Below are positions 1 to 9,911 of a DNA stretch of 64,000 bases, in pieces. Below the pieces are notes generated by a model. It had not been told where the DNA came from and searched no databases. It saw only the letters and a list, made by a program, of their open reading frames with translations. The first letter of the stretch is position 1. Each line of letters starts with the position of its first letter. Origin of the DNA: a virus; IMG/VR virus record IMGVR_UViG_3300028197_000003, positions 128,352 through 192,351 of that record; one strand, written 5' to 3'. A program made the translations under genes and the position numbers.

Positions 1-2
1 AA

Positions 3-1049
3 TCAGTCTGGAACGAGTTCTGTGATTGGGTCACAAGCACTAACAACCGTCTGTATGTCGGTTGGTTCGGAGTCCTCATGATTCCAACCCTGCTTGCTGC
101 TACAATTTGCTTCATCATTGCATTCGTTGCTGCTCCCCCCGTGGACATCGACGGCATCCGCGAACCAGTTGCTGGTTCACTGATGTATGGAAACAACATC
201 ATCTCTGGTGCTGTTGTCCCATCTAGTAATGCAATCGGTTTACACTTTTACCCCATCTGGGAAGCTGCCTCACTTGATGAGTGGCTTTACAATGGTGGTC
301 CTTTCCAACTGGTAGTTTTCCACTTCCTGATCGGCATCTATGCCTATATGGGACGTGAGTGGGAACTTTCCTACCGCTTGGGCATGCGCCCTTGGATCTG
401 TGTCGCATACTCTGCTCCTGTTGCGGCTGCGTCCGCAGTATTCTTGGTGTACCCCTTTGGTCAAGGTTCGTTCTCCGATGCTATGCCTTTGGGTATTTCG
501 GGAACCTTCAACTACATGCTTGTATTCCAAGCCGAACATAACATTCTCATGCACCCCTTCCACATGTTGGGCGTTGCTGGAGTTTTCGGTGGTTCACTAT
601 TCAGTGCTATGCACGGCTCGCTTGTTACGTCCTCACTGGTTCGTGAGACGACTGAAACTGAGTCACAGAACTATGGTTACAAGTTTGGTCAAGAAGAAGA
701 AACGTACAACATCGTCGCTGCTCACGGGTACTTCGGTCGTTTGATCTTCCAATACGCTTCATTCAACAACTCACGTTCATTGCACTTCTTCCTTGCTGCA
801 TGGCCTGTTGTTGGCATCTGGTTCACTGCCCTTGGCGTGTCCACGATGGCGTTCAACCTGAACGGTTTCAACTTCAACCAGTCAATCCTTGATGGTCAGG
901 GTCGCGTCCTGAACACCTGGGCGGACGTGTTGAACCGTGCAGGTCTTGGTATGGAAGTTATGCATGAGCGTAACGCACACAACTTCCCACTGGATCTGGC
1001 TGCTGTTGAGTCAACACCTGTTGCACTTATCGCACCTTCCATCGGTTGA
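3..1049 (+). CDS. psbA: Photosystem II D1 protein (5'-truncated by window edge)
   Basis: Frame open from nt 3 ([28 protein letters not shown]); [41 protein letters not shown]. Confidence 0.99.
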   Translation, partial: SVWNEFCDWVTSTNNRLYVGWFGVLMIPTLLAATICFIIAFVAAPPVDIDGIREPVAGSLMYGNNIISGAVVPSSNAIGLHFYPIWEAASLDEWLYNGGPFQLVVFHFLIGIYAYMGREWELSYRLGMRPWICVAYSAPVAAASAVFLVYPFGQGSFSDAMPLGISGTFNYMLVFQAEHNILMHPFHMLGVAGVFGGSLFSAMHGSLVTSSLVRETTETESQNYGYKFGQEEETYNIVAAHGYFGRLIFQYASFNNSRSLHFFLAAWPVVGIWFTALGVSTMAFNLNGFNFNQSILDGQGRVLNTWADVLNRAGLGMEVMHERNAHNFPLDLAAVESTPVALIAPSIG

Positions 1050-1070
1050 TAACACTTTCCTGTTATACTG

Positions 1071-1097
1071 TAGGGGTCTTAGGACCCCTATTTTTTT
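1071..1097 (+). terminator. Intrinsic terminator after psbA
   Basis: TAGGGGTC-TTAG-GACCCCTA hairpin followed by T7. Confidence 0.85.
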
Positions 1098-1101
1098 GGA
1101 C

Positions 1102-1383
1102 ATGAATACTCGTCGCAATACTCTGCAACATCTTCGAGAACAGTGCAGAGACAAGATAAGAGAGGAAAATTCAAAGATTCAAAAGCATTTGAATCAACGT
1201 CTTCCTCCTCATATGGCTGCTGTATCTCCGAACGCAGTCGATATGAATACCTTACAAGAAATCAATCTCTGTCTGGATAGACTTGTCATTGCAGAGGAAC
1301 GTCTTAGAGTCATTGATCAATTTGACAATCAACTCACAAAAGATCACGACGATCACCTAAACTACGACACTTACAGCAAATAA
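1102..1383 (+). CDS. Hypothetical protein between psbA and psbD
   Basis: ATG at 1102 in ORF-track frame 937..1383; helical-looking 93 aa; ends 1 nt before psbD. Confidence 0.65.
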   Translation: MNTRRNTLQHLREQCRDKIREENSKIQKHLNQRLPPHMAAVSPNAVDMNTLQEINLCLDRLVIAEERLRVIDQFDNQLTKDHDDHLNYDTYSK

Positions 1384-1384
1384 C

Positions 1385-2440
1385 ATGGTCGCCTCAACGC
1401 TTCAGCAACAACAACGGGGATGGTTTGATATCCTAGATGACTGGTTGAAACGAGACAGATTTGTCTTCGTCGGCTGGTCTGGATTACTTCTCCTTCCCAC
1501 TGCCTACCTGGCAATTGGTGGTTGGCTTACAGGAACCACCTTCGCTACCTCCTGGTACACTCACGGCATCGCCTCGTCGTACCTTGAAGGTTGTAATTTT
1601 CTTACCGCTGCAGTCAGTACACCTGCTGATGCAATGGGTCACAGTTTGCTTCTCCTATGGGGTCCTGAAGCACAAGGTGATTTTGTCCGCTGGATACAAC
1701 TCGGTGGTCTTTGGGCATTCGTTGCCTTACATGGTGCATTCGCTCTGATTGGATTCATGCTCCGTCAGTTTGAAATTAGTCGTCTCGTAGGAATTAGACC
1801 GTACAATGCTATTGCGTTCTCTGGTCCTATTGCTGTTTTTGTCAGCGTATTCCTTATCTATCCACTGGGTCAGTCTTCATGGTTCTTTGCACCTAGTTTC
1901 GGGGTAGCAGCAATTTTCCGCTTCCTGCTGTTCCTCCAGGGCTTCCATAACTGGACGCTGAACCCCTTCCATATGATGGGTGTTGCAGGTATCCTTGGTG
2001 GTGCTTTGCTCTGTGCAATTCATGGTGCTACAGTAGAGAACACATTGTTTGAAGATGGTGAACAATCAAACACCTTCAAAGCATTTGAACCTACTCAAGA
2101 GGAGGAGACTTACTCAATGGTCACTGCAAACCGTTTCTGGTCGCAGATCTTCGGTGTTGCGTTTTCTAACAAGCGGTGGCTTCATTTCTTTATGCTTTTT
2201 GTTCCTGTCATGGGTCTCTGGACATCTAGCATTGGGATTATTGGTCTGGCTTTCAATCTTCGTGCTTATGATTTCGTAAGTCAAGAGATCAGAGCAGCAG
2301 AAGATCCTGAGTTCGAGACGTTCTACACCAAGAACATCCTATTGAATGAAGGACTACGTGCATGGTTAGCACCTGCCGATCAGCCACATGAAAACTTCAT
2401 CTTCCCTGAGGAAGTTCTACCTAGAGGTAACGCATTGTGA
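1385..2440 (+). CDS. psbD: Photosystem II D2 protein
   Basis: [51 protein letters not shown]. Confidence 0.99.
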   Translation: MVASTLQQQQRGWFDILDDWLKRDRFVFVGWSGLLLLPTAYLAIGGWLTGTTFATSWYTHGIASSYLEGCNFLTAAVSTPADAMGHSLLLLWGPEAQGDFVRWIQLGGLWAFVALHGAFALIGFMLRQFEISRLVGIRPYNAIAFSGPIAVFVSVFLIYPLGQSSWFFAPSFGVAAIFRFLLFLQGFHNWTLNPFHMMGVAGILGGALLCAIHGATVENTLFEDGEQSNTFKAFEPTQEEETYSMVTANRFWSQIFGVAFSNKRWLHFFMLFVPVMGLWTSSIGIIGLAFNLRAYDFVSQEIRAAEDPEFETFYTKNILLNEGLRAWLAPADQPHENFIFPEEVLPRGNAL

Positions 2441-2838
2441 TTCAATCTCTAGGATTCTTACTACTTCGTATAGCGTTAGGCACTATGCTTATCCATCATG
2501 GATATGAGAAACTAGAGAACATTGAAAATTTTGCGGATGCATTTGTACGACCATTGCATCTTCCATTCCCAATCGTCTCCTCATACTTCGCAGCATTCGC
2601 TGAGGTTGTGGGGAGTTGGATGGTTATCTGTGGACTCGGCACTCGTCTGGGTGCCTTGGCAATCTTAGGTACAATATCATTCGCAATTTATCATGCTCTA
2701 GCTACATCTGGATTCAACATCTACTTGTTAGAACTCTTAGTTCTTTACTGGGGAGGTACAGCATGTATCGTCCTCAGTGGTCCTGGTAATTTCTCGATAG
2801 ACCATCTCATAAAACGAAGACTTCATGAATACCTTTGA
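2437..2838 (+). CDS. DoxX-family membrane protein
   Basis: [37 protein letters not shown]; GTGA overlap with psbD stop. Confidence 0.8.
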   Translation: MIQSLGFLLLRIALGTMLIHHGYEKLENIENFADAFVRPLHLPFPIVSSYFAAFAEVVGSWMVICGLGTRLGALAILGTISFAIYHALATSGFNIYLLELLVLYWGGTACIVLSGPGNFSIDHLIKRRLHEYL

Positions 2839-3040
2839 ACTTATCCTTTATTTTGTTTGCTTTGCAGTGCTTTCGGGCACTGCTTTTGCTATGATGTGGA
2901 GTAATATTCAATCTATTTCTATAGAGATGAATAAACCCCCTAAACCACGTCATCCTGAAGCACCACAAGCAGGAGAAGAAGTAATGTATGTTGATCTAAC
3001 TAGAGAAAAACTAGAGGACCTTTACAAAAAGGACGAATGA
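2825..3040 (+). CDS. Small membrane protein, DUF2973-like
   Basis: N-terminal TM helix followed by RHPE motif. Confidence 0.55.
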   Translation: MNTFELILYFVCFAVLSGTAFAMMWSNIQSISIEMNKPPKPRHPEAPQAGEEVMYVDLTREKLEDLYKKDE

Positions 3041-3243
3041 CTACATTAGTAATACATTTGGTAGCGTTTTGGAATGTTGCTGTCATGAACTGCATCCAAC
3101 CCGTCAATTGGGAAGCATGTGCTCCAGTTCATGAATGGTTAGTGCCTGATCTAATTGAAGGGTACAAACTATACACAGGTGATACACATCCCTATCAAAC
3201 TGAGAAAGATTATCTAAATAATAATATATCGTCGCCGCTATAG
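3037..3243 (+). CDS. Hypothetical protein
   Basis: ORF coupled to upstream gene by ATGA overlap. Confidence 0.6.
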   Translation: MTTLVIHLVAFWNVAVMNCIQPVNWEACAPVHEWLVPDLIEGYKLYTGDTHPYQTEKDYLNNNISSPL

Positions 3244-3276
3244 TCTCTGGCAAAATCTAGATGACTGTGCTATATT

Positions 3277-3303
3277 AGGGAGGTCTAACGACCCCCCTTT
3301 TTT
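3277..3303 (+). terminator. Putative intrinsic terminator
   Basis: AGGGAGGTC-TAAC-GACCCCCCT (one mismatch) followed by T run. Confidence 0.6.
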
Positions 3304-3975
3304 ATGTTCAAATTTCTTCTGGCAGGGTTCCTGTTAGGCGGTTCTCTCCCTGCAATTGCGGAACCTCTCAAAGATAATGAGTATTACTCTATGCATTCTA
3401 TGGGGTGTATGCTACTCGGTGAATGCACTGAAGGTGTAGAGAAAGTGTACTCTTTGTTGGATGTATCATCTGAATACCCCAACCCAGAAAAGTTTACTGG
3501 AGTGACAGGTGAGTTCAACAATATGATTCACTCCTTGAATCAGATTGGAGTGAATGTATTCCTTGCGGATGAGAAGTATTTTCCAGTAGGACATCGTGGT
3601 GTCTATCATACTGTGAGTAATAACTTCTTTTTGAACAAAGCATTTATGTCACGCCCTGGTGTATTGATGAGTGTGATGAGACATGAAGGATGGCATGCAG
3701 CACAAGATTGTATGGCAGGAACGATTGATAATAGTTTGATTGCTATTATTATGCCTGAAGATGATGTGCCAATGTTGTGGCAAGAGATGGTGAAGCGGGC
3801 ATATATGTTGCAACCATCTGCAATTCCATGGGAGAAGGAAGCAATGTGGGCAGGTAAGACTGAAAACATGACTATGAATGCTCTTGCAGCATGTGCTGGT
3901 GGTAATATGTGGGAAGTATATGAACCGACTCCACTCACACGTCAATACTTAGAGGAGAATGGTTTTATTGAATGA
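3304..3975 (+). CDS. HExxH (zincin-like) protein with signal-peptide-like N-terminus
   Basis: RHEGWHAAQ motif, downstream EKEA; hydrophobic N-terminus ending AIA-E. Confidence 0.65.
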   Translation: MFKFLLAGFLLGGSLPAIAEPLKDNEYYSMHSMGCMLLGECTEGVEKVYSLLDVSSEYPNPEKFTGVTGEFNNMIHSLNQIGVNVFLADEKYFPVGHRGVYHTVSNNFFLNKAFMSRPGVLMSVMRHEGWHAAQDCMAGTIDNSLIAIIMPEDDVPMLWQEMVKRAYMLQPSAIPWEKEAMWAGKTENMTMNALAACAGGNMWEVYEPTPLTRQYLEENGFIE

Positions 3976-4193
3976 TGGTTCAACAAATCAAATGGTTTTC
4001 CGCAACCATCATCCTCATCGCTATGGTTTTTCATGTGATGGGGTGGACTCCCTGGAATAGTATCCTCCAACTTGTAGGTGCTAGTGGTTGGACATACGTA
4101 GGATTCAAGTGGAAGGAACGTGCAATTATCATGAACTTCCTTCCACAGTTTTTCATCATCATCCCTGGTCTCATCTACCTGTTCTCTAAATAG
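3972..4193 (+). CDS. Small multi-TM membrane protein
   Basis: 73 aa, three hydrophobic segments. Confidence 0.7.
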   Translation: MMVQQIKWFSATIILIAMVFHVMGWTPWNSILQLVGASGWTYVGFKWKERAIIMNFLPQFFIIIPGLIYLFSK

Positions 4194-4211
4194 AGCAGGT
4201 ATTTTTATGTC

Positions 4212-5537
4212 ATGTCGCCTTCAGTAAATCAACCATGGGATAAACTGAAAACATGTTTGGTTGGTAGATCATATCCTCCTGAATTTTATAGTTACATCAA
4301 GGATCCTAGGGCACGTGCTGGGATGGAAAGGATTGCACAAGAAACTGAAGAGGATTTTGTAATACTGTCCAATAAACTTATTGAGTTAGGCGTTGATGTA
4401 ATTAGAACTAATATTTCTGACGACTGGAAGAAGGATCATAACTGGGGTTACCGTGCCGATTATCCCTCTGCCATGATCCCTCGTGACCATACTATGGTTC
4501 TGGGAAACAAGTTATACATGCCGAATCATGATTATTTGGAGGATGTAAATGTCGAACATATGCTCTATGCTATCCGGGACAATGCTGAGTACGCAAAAAA
4601 TCAACCAGAAGCAGAAGTCCTTAGTGAGTATCTTTTAGATCTTGTCAAACCTGGACGTGGTGCTAAAGGTCAGGCTGCTGCATCTAAAGAGGTTGTTGAG
4701 GAAGCACATAAGTTTTTGTCAGATGGAAAAGACTTTCCTATTCATTGGTTGATGCAGGTATTGCACGTTGATGATGTCACTAGATTGTGTGAGAGTGCTG
4801 CGACAAATACCATTGGCAATCCACGTCGAGTCAATAAAAAATACAATGAGTTTCAAGATGCAGAGAAGTGGTTCAAAGAACAGGGAGGAGAGGTTGTTTA
4901 TAATTCGTATGTGAATGGTGCTTCGACAATCAAGTGTGGAAAGGATCTTTACTTTGCCATCAATAATATTCTTACTTATATCAATGAGGACTATGCTCTT
5001 GAGAAATGGCAGAAGATGTTCCCTGATTATAGAATCCATCCACTACATTTCCCTGGACATTCTGACGGATCATTGGCACCAATCAAACCTGGGTGCTTGA
5101 TTAGTATTGGCGATGCAAAGCACACTGATATAACTTTCCCTGGTTGGGATGTTTGTCAGGTCGTGGGTCAAGGTTGGTCTCAAGTAGAAGAGTTCACCAA
5201 CATGAAACATTCATTACCAAATAATGGACGTTGGTATGTTGCTGGTGAAGAAAAAAATGATGCTCTAACTGATTTTGTTGAAACCTGGTTGAATGATTGG
5301 GTCATTTACGTTGAGGAGACTGTATTTGATGTCAACATGCTTGTGGTTGATGAGCAGAATGTCATCGTCAACAACTACAATAAAGATGTTTTTGATTTCT
5401 TTGAGAAGCATGGTGTGACTGGGCACGTGGTCAACTTTAGGCACCGTTACTTCTGGGACGGTGGACTACACTGTATTACTACTGACCTGGATCGCGAAGG
5501 AGAAAGACAGGACTTCTTCCCAGAGCGTTCTAAATAA
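4212..5537 (+). CDS. Amidinotransferase/pentein-fold protein, paralog 1
   Basis: WDKLKTCLVG, PRD, HSDG and GGLHCIT motifs typical of glycine/inosamine amidinotransferases. Confidence 0.8.
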   Translation: MSPSVNQPWDKLKTCLVGRSYPPEFYSYIKDPRARAGMERIAQETEEDFVILSNKLIELGVDVIRTNISDDWKKDHNWGYRADYPSAMIPRDHTMVLGNKLYMPNHDYLEDVNVEHMLYAIRDNAEYAKNQPEAEVLSEYLLDLVKPGRGAKGQAAASKEVVEEAHKFLSDGKDFPIHWLMQVLHVDDVTRLCESAATNTIGNPRRVNKKYNEFQDAEKWFKEQGGEVVYNSYVNGASTIKCGKDLYFAINNILTYINEDYALEKWQKMFPDYRIHPLHFPGHSDGSLAPIKPGCLISIGDAKHTDITFPGWDVCQVVGQGWSQVEEFTNMKHSLPNNGRWYVAGEEKNDALTDFVETWLNDWVIYVEETVFDVNMLVVDEQNVIVNNYNKDVFDFFEKHGVTGHVVNFRHRYFWDGGLHCITTDLDREGERQDFFPERSK

Positions 5538-5555
5538 TGCAGATCTAATATTGTT

Positions 5556-7019
5556 ATGCCATCAGCATTCCAACCGTGGGATAAACTAAAAACGTGCTTG
5601 GTAGGTCGGTCATATCCTCCAGAGTTTTATAGTTACATCAAAAATCCCAAAGCACGTGCTGGGATGGAGAAAATTGCTCAGGAAACTGAGGAAGACTATC
5701 AAAAACTATGCGACAAACTAACAGAGTTAGGTGTTGAGGTAATTAGAACTAATATTTCTGACGACTGGGAGAAGGATCATGACTGGGGGTACCGGGCTAA
5801 GTATCCCTCGGCAATGGTTCCAAGAGATCACCTTGCGGTGATTGGTGACAAGTTATACATGCCGAATAGTGACTACTTGAAGAACGTTGATCTTCGCGAG
5901 ATGATCAATGGTCTTCATAATCCAAACTGTAAGCATGAGTGGTTGCAACCGGGTGCTGAGTTGGTTGCAGAGTTCATCCTCGACATGATGAAACCTGCTA
6001 GGGGTGTGAAGAATATGGATCCCATTGAGGAACTGCGTGATTTTTATCACAACCATGGTTCACAACGTCGGGATGGAAATACTTATAGCATAAGCGGACT
6101 GTTGTCTGGGTTAGACCTGGCGGACATGGAGAGACTGTGTTTGAGTGCTGTTACTAATACAATTGGCGATCCTCACAGAGTCAACAAAGAATATAATGAG
6201 TATCAAGATGCAGAGAAGTGGTTCAAAGAAAAAGGAGGGGAGGTTGTTTATAATCAGTACGTCAACGGTGCTTCAGTAATTCGTTGTGGTAGAGATCTAT
6301 ATTTCTCTATGAACAACATCATGAACCTTGCCAATCAAGATATGTTCATGGAGAAGTGGGAGCGTCTGTTCCCTGAGTTTAGAAACCATCCTCTGTATGT
6401 TCCTGGACATGGCGACGGTTCTTTGACTCCAGTCAAACCAGGACTGTTGGTTTCTATTGCTAAAACTGAATTCTTTAGCGAAACTTTTCCTGATTGGGAG
6501 GTTGCACATATTCCGGGTGCTGGATGGAAACAAGTGGATGGTTTTCTGAAGATGAAGAAGAAAAATAAGGGACGCTGGTGGGTTCCTGGAGAAGAAGACA
6601 ACGATGACCTAACGGAGTTCATCGACACTTGGTTGAACGACTGGGTAATCTACGTTGAAGAGACTGTCTTTGATGTCAATATGCTTGTGGTTGACGAGAA
6701 GAATGTTATCTGTAATGGATATAACAAGACGGTCTTTGATGCCTTTGATAAGCATGGAATTACAGGTCATGTCGTGAACTTTAGGCACCGTTACTTCTGG
6801 GATGGTGGACTGCACTGCATCACCCTCGACCTGGATCGTGAGGGAGAGATGCAAGACTTCTTCCCAGAGCGTGGTGATGAAAGTTATGTCATCCAGGACC
6901 CAAGGAACGACAAGAAATCACCACTGTATAACAAGTGGGATGCTTACGATAAGCAACGTCCTAACTTCAAAAAAGATCAGGAGATTAGGCAAAACCAAAA
7001 TCAAGAATCAGTTTCCTAG
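5556..7019 (+). CDS. Amidinotransferase/pentein-fold protein, paralog 2
   Basis: Same motifs (PRD, HGDG, GGLHCIT); N- and C-terminal blocks near-identical to paralog 1. Confidence 0.8.
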   Translation: MPSAFQPWDKLKTCLVGRSYPPEFYSYIKNPKARAGMEKIAQETEEDYQKLCDKLTELGVEVIRTNISDDWEKDHDWGYRAKYPSAMVPRDHLAVIGDKLYMPNSDYLKNVDLREMINGLHNPNCKHEWLQPGAELVAEFILDMMKPARGVKNMDPIEELRDFYHNHGSQRRDGNTYSISGLLSGLDLADMERLCLSAVTNTIGDPHRVNKEYNEYQDAEKWFKEKGGEVVYNQYVNGASVIRCGRDLYFSMNNIMNLANQDMFMEKWERLFPEFRNHPLYVPGHGDGSLTPVKPGLLVSIAKTEFFSETFPDWEVAHIPGAGWKQVDGFLKMKKKNKGRWWVPGEEDNDDLTEFIDTWLNDWVIYVEETVFDVNMLVVDEKNVICNGYNKTVFDAFDKHGITGHVVNFRHRYFWDGGLHCITLDLDREGEMQDFFPERGDESYVIQDPRNDKKSPLYNKWDAYDKQRPNFKKDQEIRQNQNQESVS

Positions 7020-7022
7020 AAA

Positions 7023-7046
7023 CCGGAAAAAAAACTCGGGCAAAAA
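7023..7046 (+). repeat. A-tract junction motif, copy 1
   Basis: CCGGAAAAAAAACTCGGGCAAAAA; recurs at 13936 and 22558. Confidence 0.75.
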
Positions 7047-7125
7047 TCTGCCGCCCAGGTTTTTTTATGATACAATGATTAGTGAGAGATAATACTCAGA
7101 TACATAACGTGTCTGCAAATTGCAA

Positions 7126-7449
7126 ATGAAGCCTTTATTTGTGCTAATCGCTTCACTGTTCCTTGCTTTACCTGCATGGGCAGTGGATGTAACGATGGGT
7201 GCTAATGGAAACCTAGTGTTTGATCCACCAGAGGTTACTATTTCTGCTGGAGAAACGATTCACTTTGAAAACTCTGCGTTACCTCCACATAATATTATTG
7301 TGGAATCTCGCCCTGATTTGTCAAGAGAGTCTTTGATGTTTGCTCCTGGTGAAGGACAAGATATCAAATTCGCTGATGCTGGTGACTATACCTATTGGTG
7401 TGGACCCCATAAATCTGCTGGTATGGTTGGTACTATTCACGTTCAATGA
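7126..7449 (+). CDS. petE: Plastocyanin
   Basis: Signal peptide; Cu ligands in PPHN and [10 protein letters not shown]. Confidence 0.96.
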   Translation: MKPLFVLIASLFLALPAWAVDVTMGANGNLVFDPPEVTISAGETIHFENSALPPHNIIVESRPDLSRESLMFAPGEGQDIKFADAGDYTYWCGPHKSAGMVGTIHVQ

Positions 7450-7745
7450 ATCTTATGTTTACTGTCACTCTCAAAACTCCTGAAGGGGTTACTCATACAG
7501 TTGAATGTGCTGATGATCAATACATTTTAGATGCTGCTGATGAGGCAGGCATTGATCTTCCTTATTCATGTCGTGCTGGTGCTTGCTCTAGTTGTTCTGG
7601 TAAAATTGAATCAGGTACTGTAGATCAAAGTGATCAGTCATTCTTAGATGATGATCAACTAGAAGCAGGTTTCTTGATGACTTGTGTCTCCTACCCCACG
7701 TCTGACGTTACTATTCTTACTGAGCAAGAGGAGTACCTTTACTAA
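7446..7745 (+). CDS. petF: Plant-type [2Fe-2S] ferredoxin
   Basis: [13 protein letters not shown] and TCV motifs. Confidence 0.97.
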   Translation: MNLMFTVTLKTPEGVTHTVECADDQYILDAADEAGIDLPYSCRAGACSSCSGKIESGTVDQSDQSFLDDDQLEAGFLMTCVSYPTSDVTILTEQEEYLY

Positions 7746-7776
7746 ATACCTCTGTATAACAGTCGTAAACATAGAG

Positions 7777-8076
7777 ATGTCGGTTTCTAAGAACTGTACT
7801 TCGCTTTCCTCCTCTGATGTTCGGAGTGAGTTGACAGTAGATCCTAATGGAAATATTGTCTTGGATGGCAGTGGTGAGGCGATTGATCGCTCTGATAAAT
7901 CACCATCATGGCGGTTCCGTGAGCGTGTATGGAAACGCATTGATCGCGAACAGCATGATGTTGGAATGGATTTCTATCGTAAGCAAGAACTTGCTAAGAA
8001 AGAAGTCAAAGCAGATCTTGAGTTTATGAATCGCGAGAAGGCCAAGAATGGTTCTTATCCAGAGCGTCCTGAGTAA
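7777..8076 (+). CDS. Hypothetical protein
   Basis: ATG at 7777 in frame of ORF 7684..8076; ACTAAATA late-promoter-like site at 7741. Confidence 0.55.
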   Translation: MSVSKNCTSLSSSDVRSELTVDPNGNIVLDGSGEAIDRSDKSPSWRFRERVWKRIDREQHDVGMDFYRKQELAKKEVKADLEFMNREKAKNGSYPERPE

Positions 8077-8079
8077 AGA

Positions 8080-8108
8080 TTGACAAGACAGCACAGATAT
8101 CTTATAAT
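8080..8108 (+). promoter_or_regulatory. Sigma70-type promoter
   Basis: TTGACA-N17-TATAAT, exact consensus. Confidence 0.85.
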
Positions 8109-8129
8109 ATCTTAGTTAGTCGGTCTTTC

Positions 8130-8312
8130 ATGAAAAAGTATCAAGTAAAATCACGTTGGTACTATTGGTTCTGGGGAATTGCCACGGTCTCAGTTGTGTC
8201 AGGTCAAATTTATGTTGGTACAGGCTACCGGTCCATGGCGCATGCTATTGGGTCGGTAGTTTCTGGTGTAGATGTTACTTTGATTATCCCTGATAATGAT
8301 TCTTTATTCTGA
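8130..8312 (+). CDS. Small membrane protein
   Basis: Single TM segment; follows consensus promoter. Confidence 0.6.
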   Translation: MKKYQVKSRWYYWFWGIATVSVVSGQIYVGTGYRSMAHAIGSVVSGVDVTLIIPDNDSLF

Positions 8313-8871
8313 GAAGTGGGAACTTCCGGAAGGTACTATAAAAACTCTCAAGGAAAGATACGATGATTCTTTTTTCCTAAAGGGAGGAGAAGATTCGATT
8401 GAGAACAGAAAAAATTGGGGACAACATTACACTGGGTTTCATAAAAATCCAAACAATAAAGCACCAACTGTTGAAGGTAACTTTATTGATAAGGATCTCC
8501 TACAACTTTATGTCCCTAAACTAAAGAAAATCCTTGGTGACATTGGATTGCCCATGGGCAAAACCATTTACAGTTACAGTAGTATTTGGGGACAACTATA
8601 TAAACGTGACCTTGAAGCGGTCATTGATGTTCACAATCACTACGAAGATCCACGTCAATTGATTTCGTGGGTTCACTTTGTTGATGTCCCTGACACTAAA
8701 CTGTTTTACTTTCAGGTTGGAGATAAAAAAATCTATCCTAAATGTCAAAAAACAGGTGACATTATCCTATATCCATCTTATGCTATGCATGGTGTGGACA
8801 TGATGACTGAGGGGAAAGACCGCTTTGTTGTCGTTGGTAACATAGTAAAACTCAACCAAAATCGCTGGTAA
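8296..8871 (+). CDS. Putative 2OG-Fe(II) oxygenase (HxH...H type)
   Basis: VHNH...WVHFV...YPSYAMHGV...DRFVVVGN. Confidence 0.65.
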   Translation: MILYSEKWELPEGTIKTLKERYDDSFFLKGGEDSIENRKNWGQHYTGFHKNPNNKAPTVEGNFIDKDLLQLYVPKLKKILGDIGLPMGKTIYSYSSIWGQLYKRDLEAVIDVHNHYEDPRQLISWVHFVDVPDTKLFYFQVGDKKIYPKCQKTGDIILYPSYAMHGVDMMTEGKDRFVVVGNIVKLNQNRW

Positions 8872-9108
8872 ATGAAAGCAGTAATTTACTCGAAGAACGA
8901 TTGTCAATGGTGTGATAGGGTTCGTCAACTGCTTGTGTCAGTTGATATTGAATACCTTGAGTATAAACTTGACAAAGATTTCACAAAAGATCAATTCTAC
9001 AATGAGTTTGAGGAAGGTGCTACCTTCCCACAAGTCTCTATCAACAACAAAGCAATTGGTGGATGCAAAGAGACACTCCATCATCTTCAAACTCTGGAGA
9101 TGATTTGA
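8872..9108 (+). CDS. nrdC: Glutaredoxin
   Basis: CQWC active site, TFPQV, IGGC. Confidence 0.92.
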   Translation: MKAVIYSKNDCQWCDRVRQLLVSVDIEYLEYKLDKDFTKDQFYNEFEEGATFPQVSINNKAIGGCKETLHHLQTLEMI

Positions 9109-9222
9109 TAAACAAGGGCACCCTTCTGATGTATAATAGAAGGAAACCCCGCTACAAACTAATACCTCTTCTCAAAATATTTGGCAAGAGATTTTCGCTA
9201 CATATAGAAAGGGAGAATTAGC

Positions 9223-9453
9223 ATGGCACTTGATCCAACTACTGTCTTTTTCGTAATGTTTGCAGTGATCATGCTACAAACAATTGCAATTGGTTTAGTG
9301 ATTGGGTACCTAGTCCGTACTTACATCCACGATGTAACTCCCCAGTATTCTCACCCTGAGATGTTCGATGAGCATGGTAATCCTGTTGCCGACACTCTAA
9401 TCTCTTTCCGATTTGAAGGTGAGACCCCCTACCTCGATGAATTTGAAGACTAA
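9223..9453 (+). CDS. Conserved cyanophage membrane protein
   Basis: TM helix then HPEMFDEHGN and acidic tail. Confidence 0.7.
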   Translation: MALDPTTVFFVMFAVIMLQTIAIGLVIGYLVRTYIHDVTPQYSHPEMFDEHGNPVADTLISFRFEGETPYLDEFED

Positions 9454-9455
9454 TT

Positions 9456-9911
9456 ATGGCAACGTCAAAACTTCCTAACAATCCTTTGGTCTCCGAACTG
9501 TTCAGAGCAGTACACGGTGCTAAGACTGTGGATAAAAAGGTTGAAATTTTAGAACAACACAAACGGGATGATGTAAAGGCAATCCTTATCTGGAACTTTG
9601 ATAAAGGTATCAAGTCTGCTATCCCTGAGGGAGATGTTCCCTATAAGAGGAACGAGTCTCCTGCTGGTACTGATGGTCACACTCGTCTGGTGCATGAGTG
9701 GAGGTCATTGTATAACTTTATTCGTGGGGGCAACGACAAACTATCTCAGATGCGCCGGGAAACCTTGCTGATTCAACTCCTAGAGTCACTTCATGCTGAC
9801 GAAGCAGAGATTGTTACTCTGACTAAAGACAGTGAACTGCAGAGTAAGTATCGTATTACTCGTAATGTTGTGGAGAAAGCATATCCTGAGATCAATTGGC
9901 GTGATAAGTGA
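9456..9911 (+). CDS. Conserved T4-like hypothetical protein
   Basis: Typical cyanomyophage ORF in the glutaredoxin-thyX block. Confidence 0.7.
   Translation: MATSKLPNNPLVSELFRAVHGAKTVDKKVEILEQHKRDDVKAILIWNFDKGIKSAIPEGDVPYKRNESPAGTDGHTRLVHEWRSLYNFIRGGNDKLSQMRRETLLIQLLESLHADEAEIVTLTKDSELQSKYRITRNVVEKAYPEINWRDK

Noticed and set aside
223-2279. Alternative-frame and antisense ORFs over psbA and psbD
   Set aside because: They are shadows of strongly conserved genes and have no motifs or start context
3-2440. Group I intron or homing endonuclease in or next to psbA/psbD
   Set aside because: Both frames are continuous and of normal length, and the intervening ORF shows no HNH, GIY-YIG or LAGLIDADG motif
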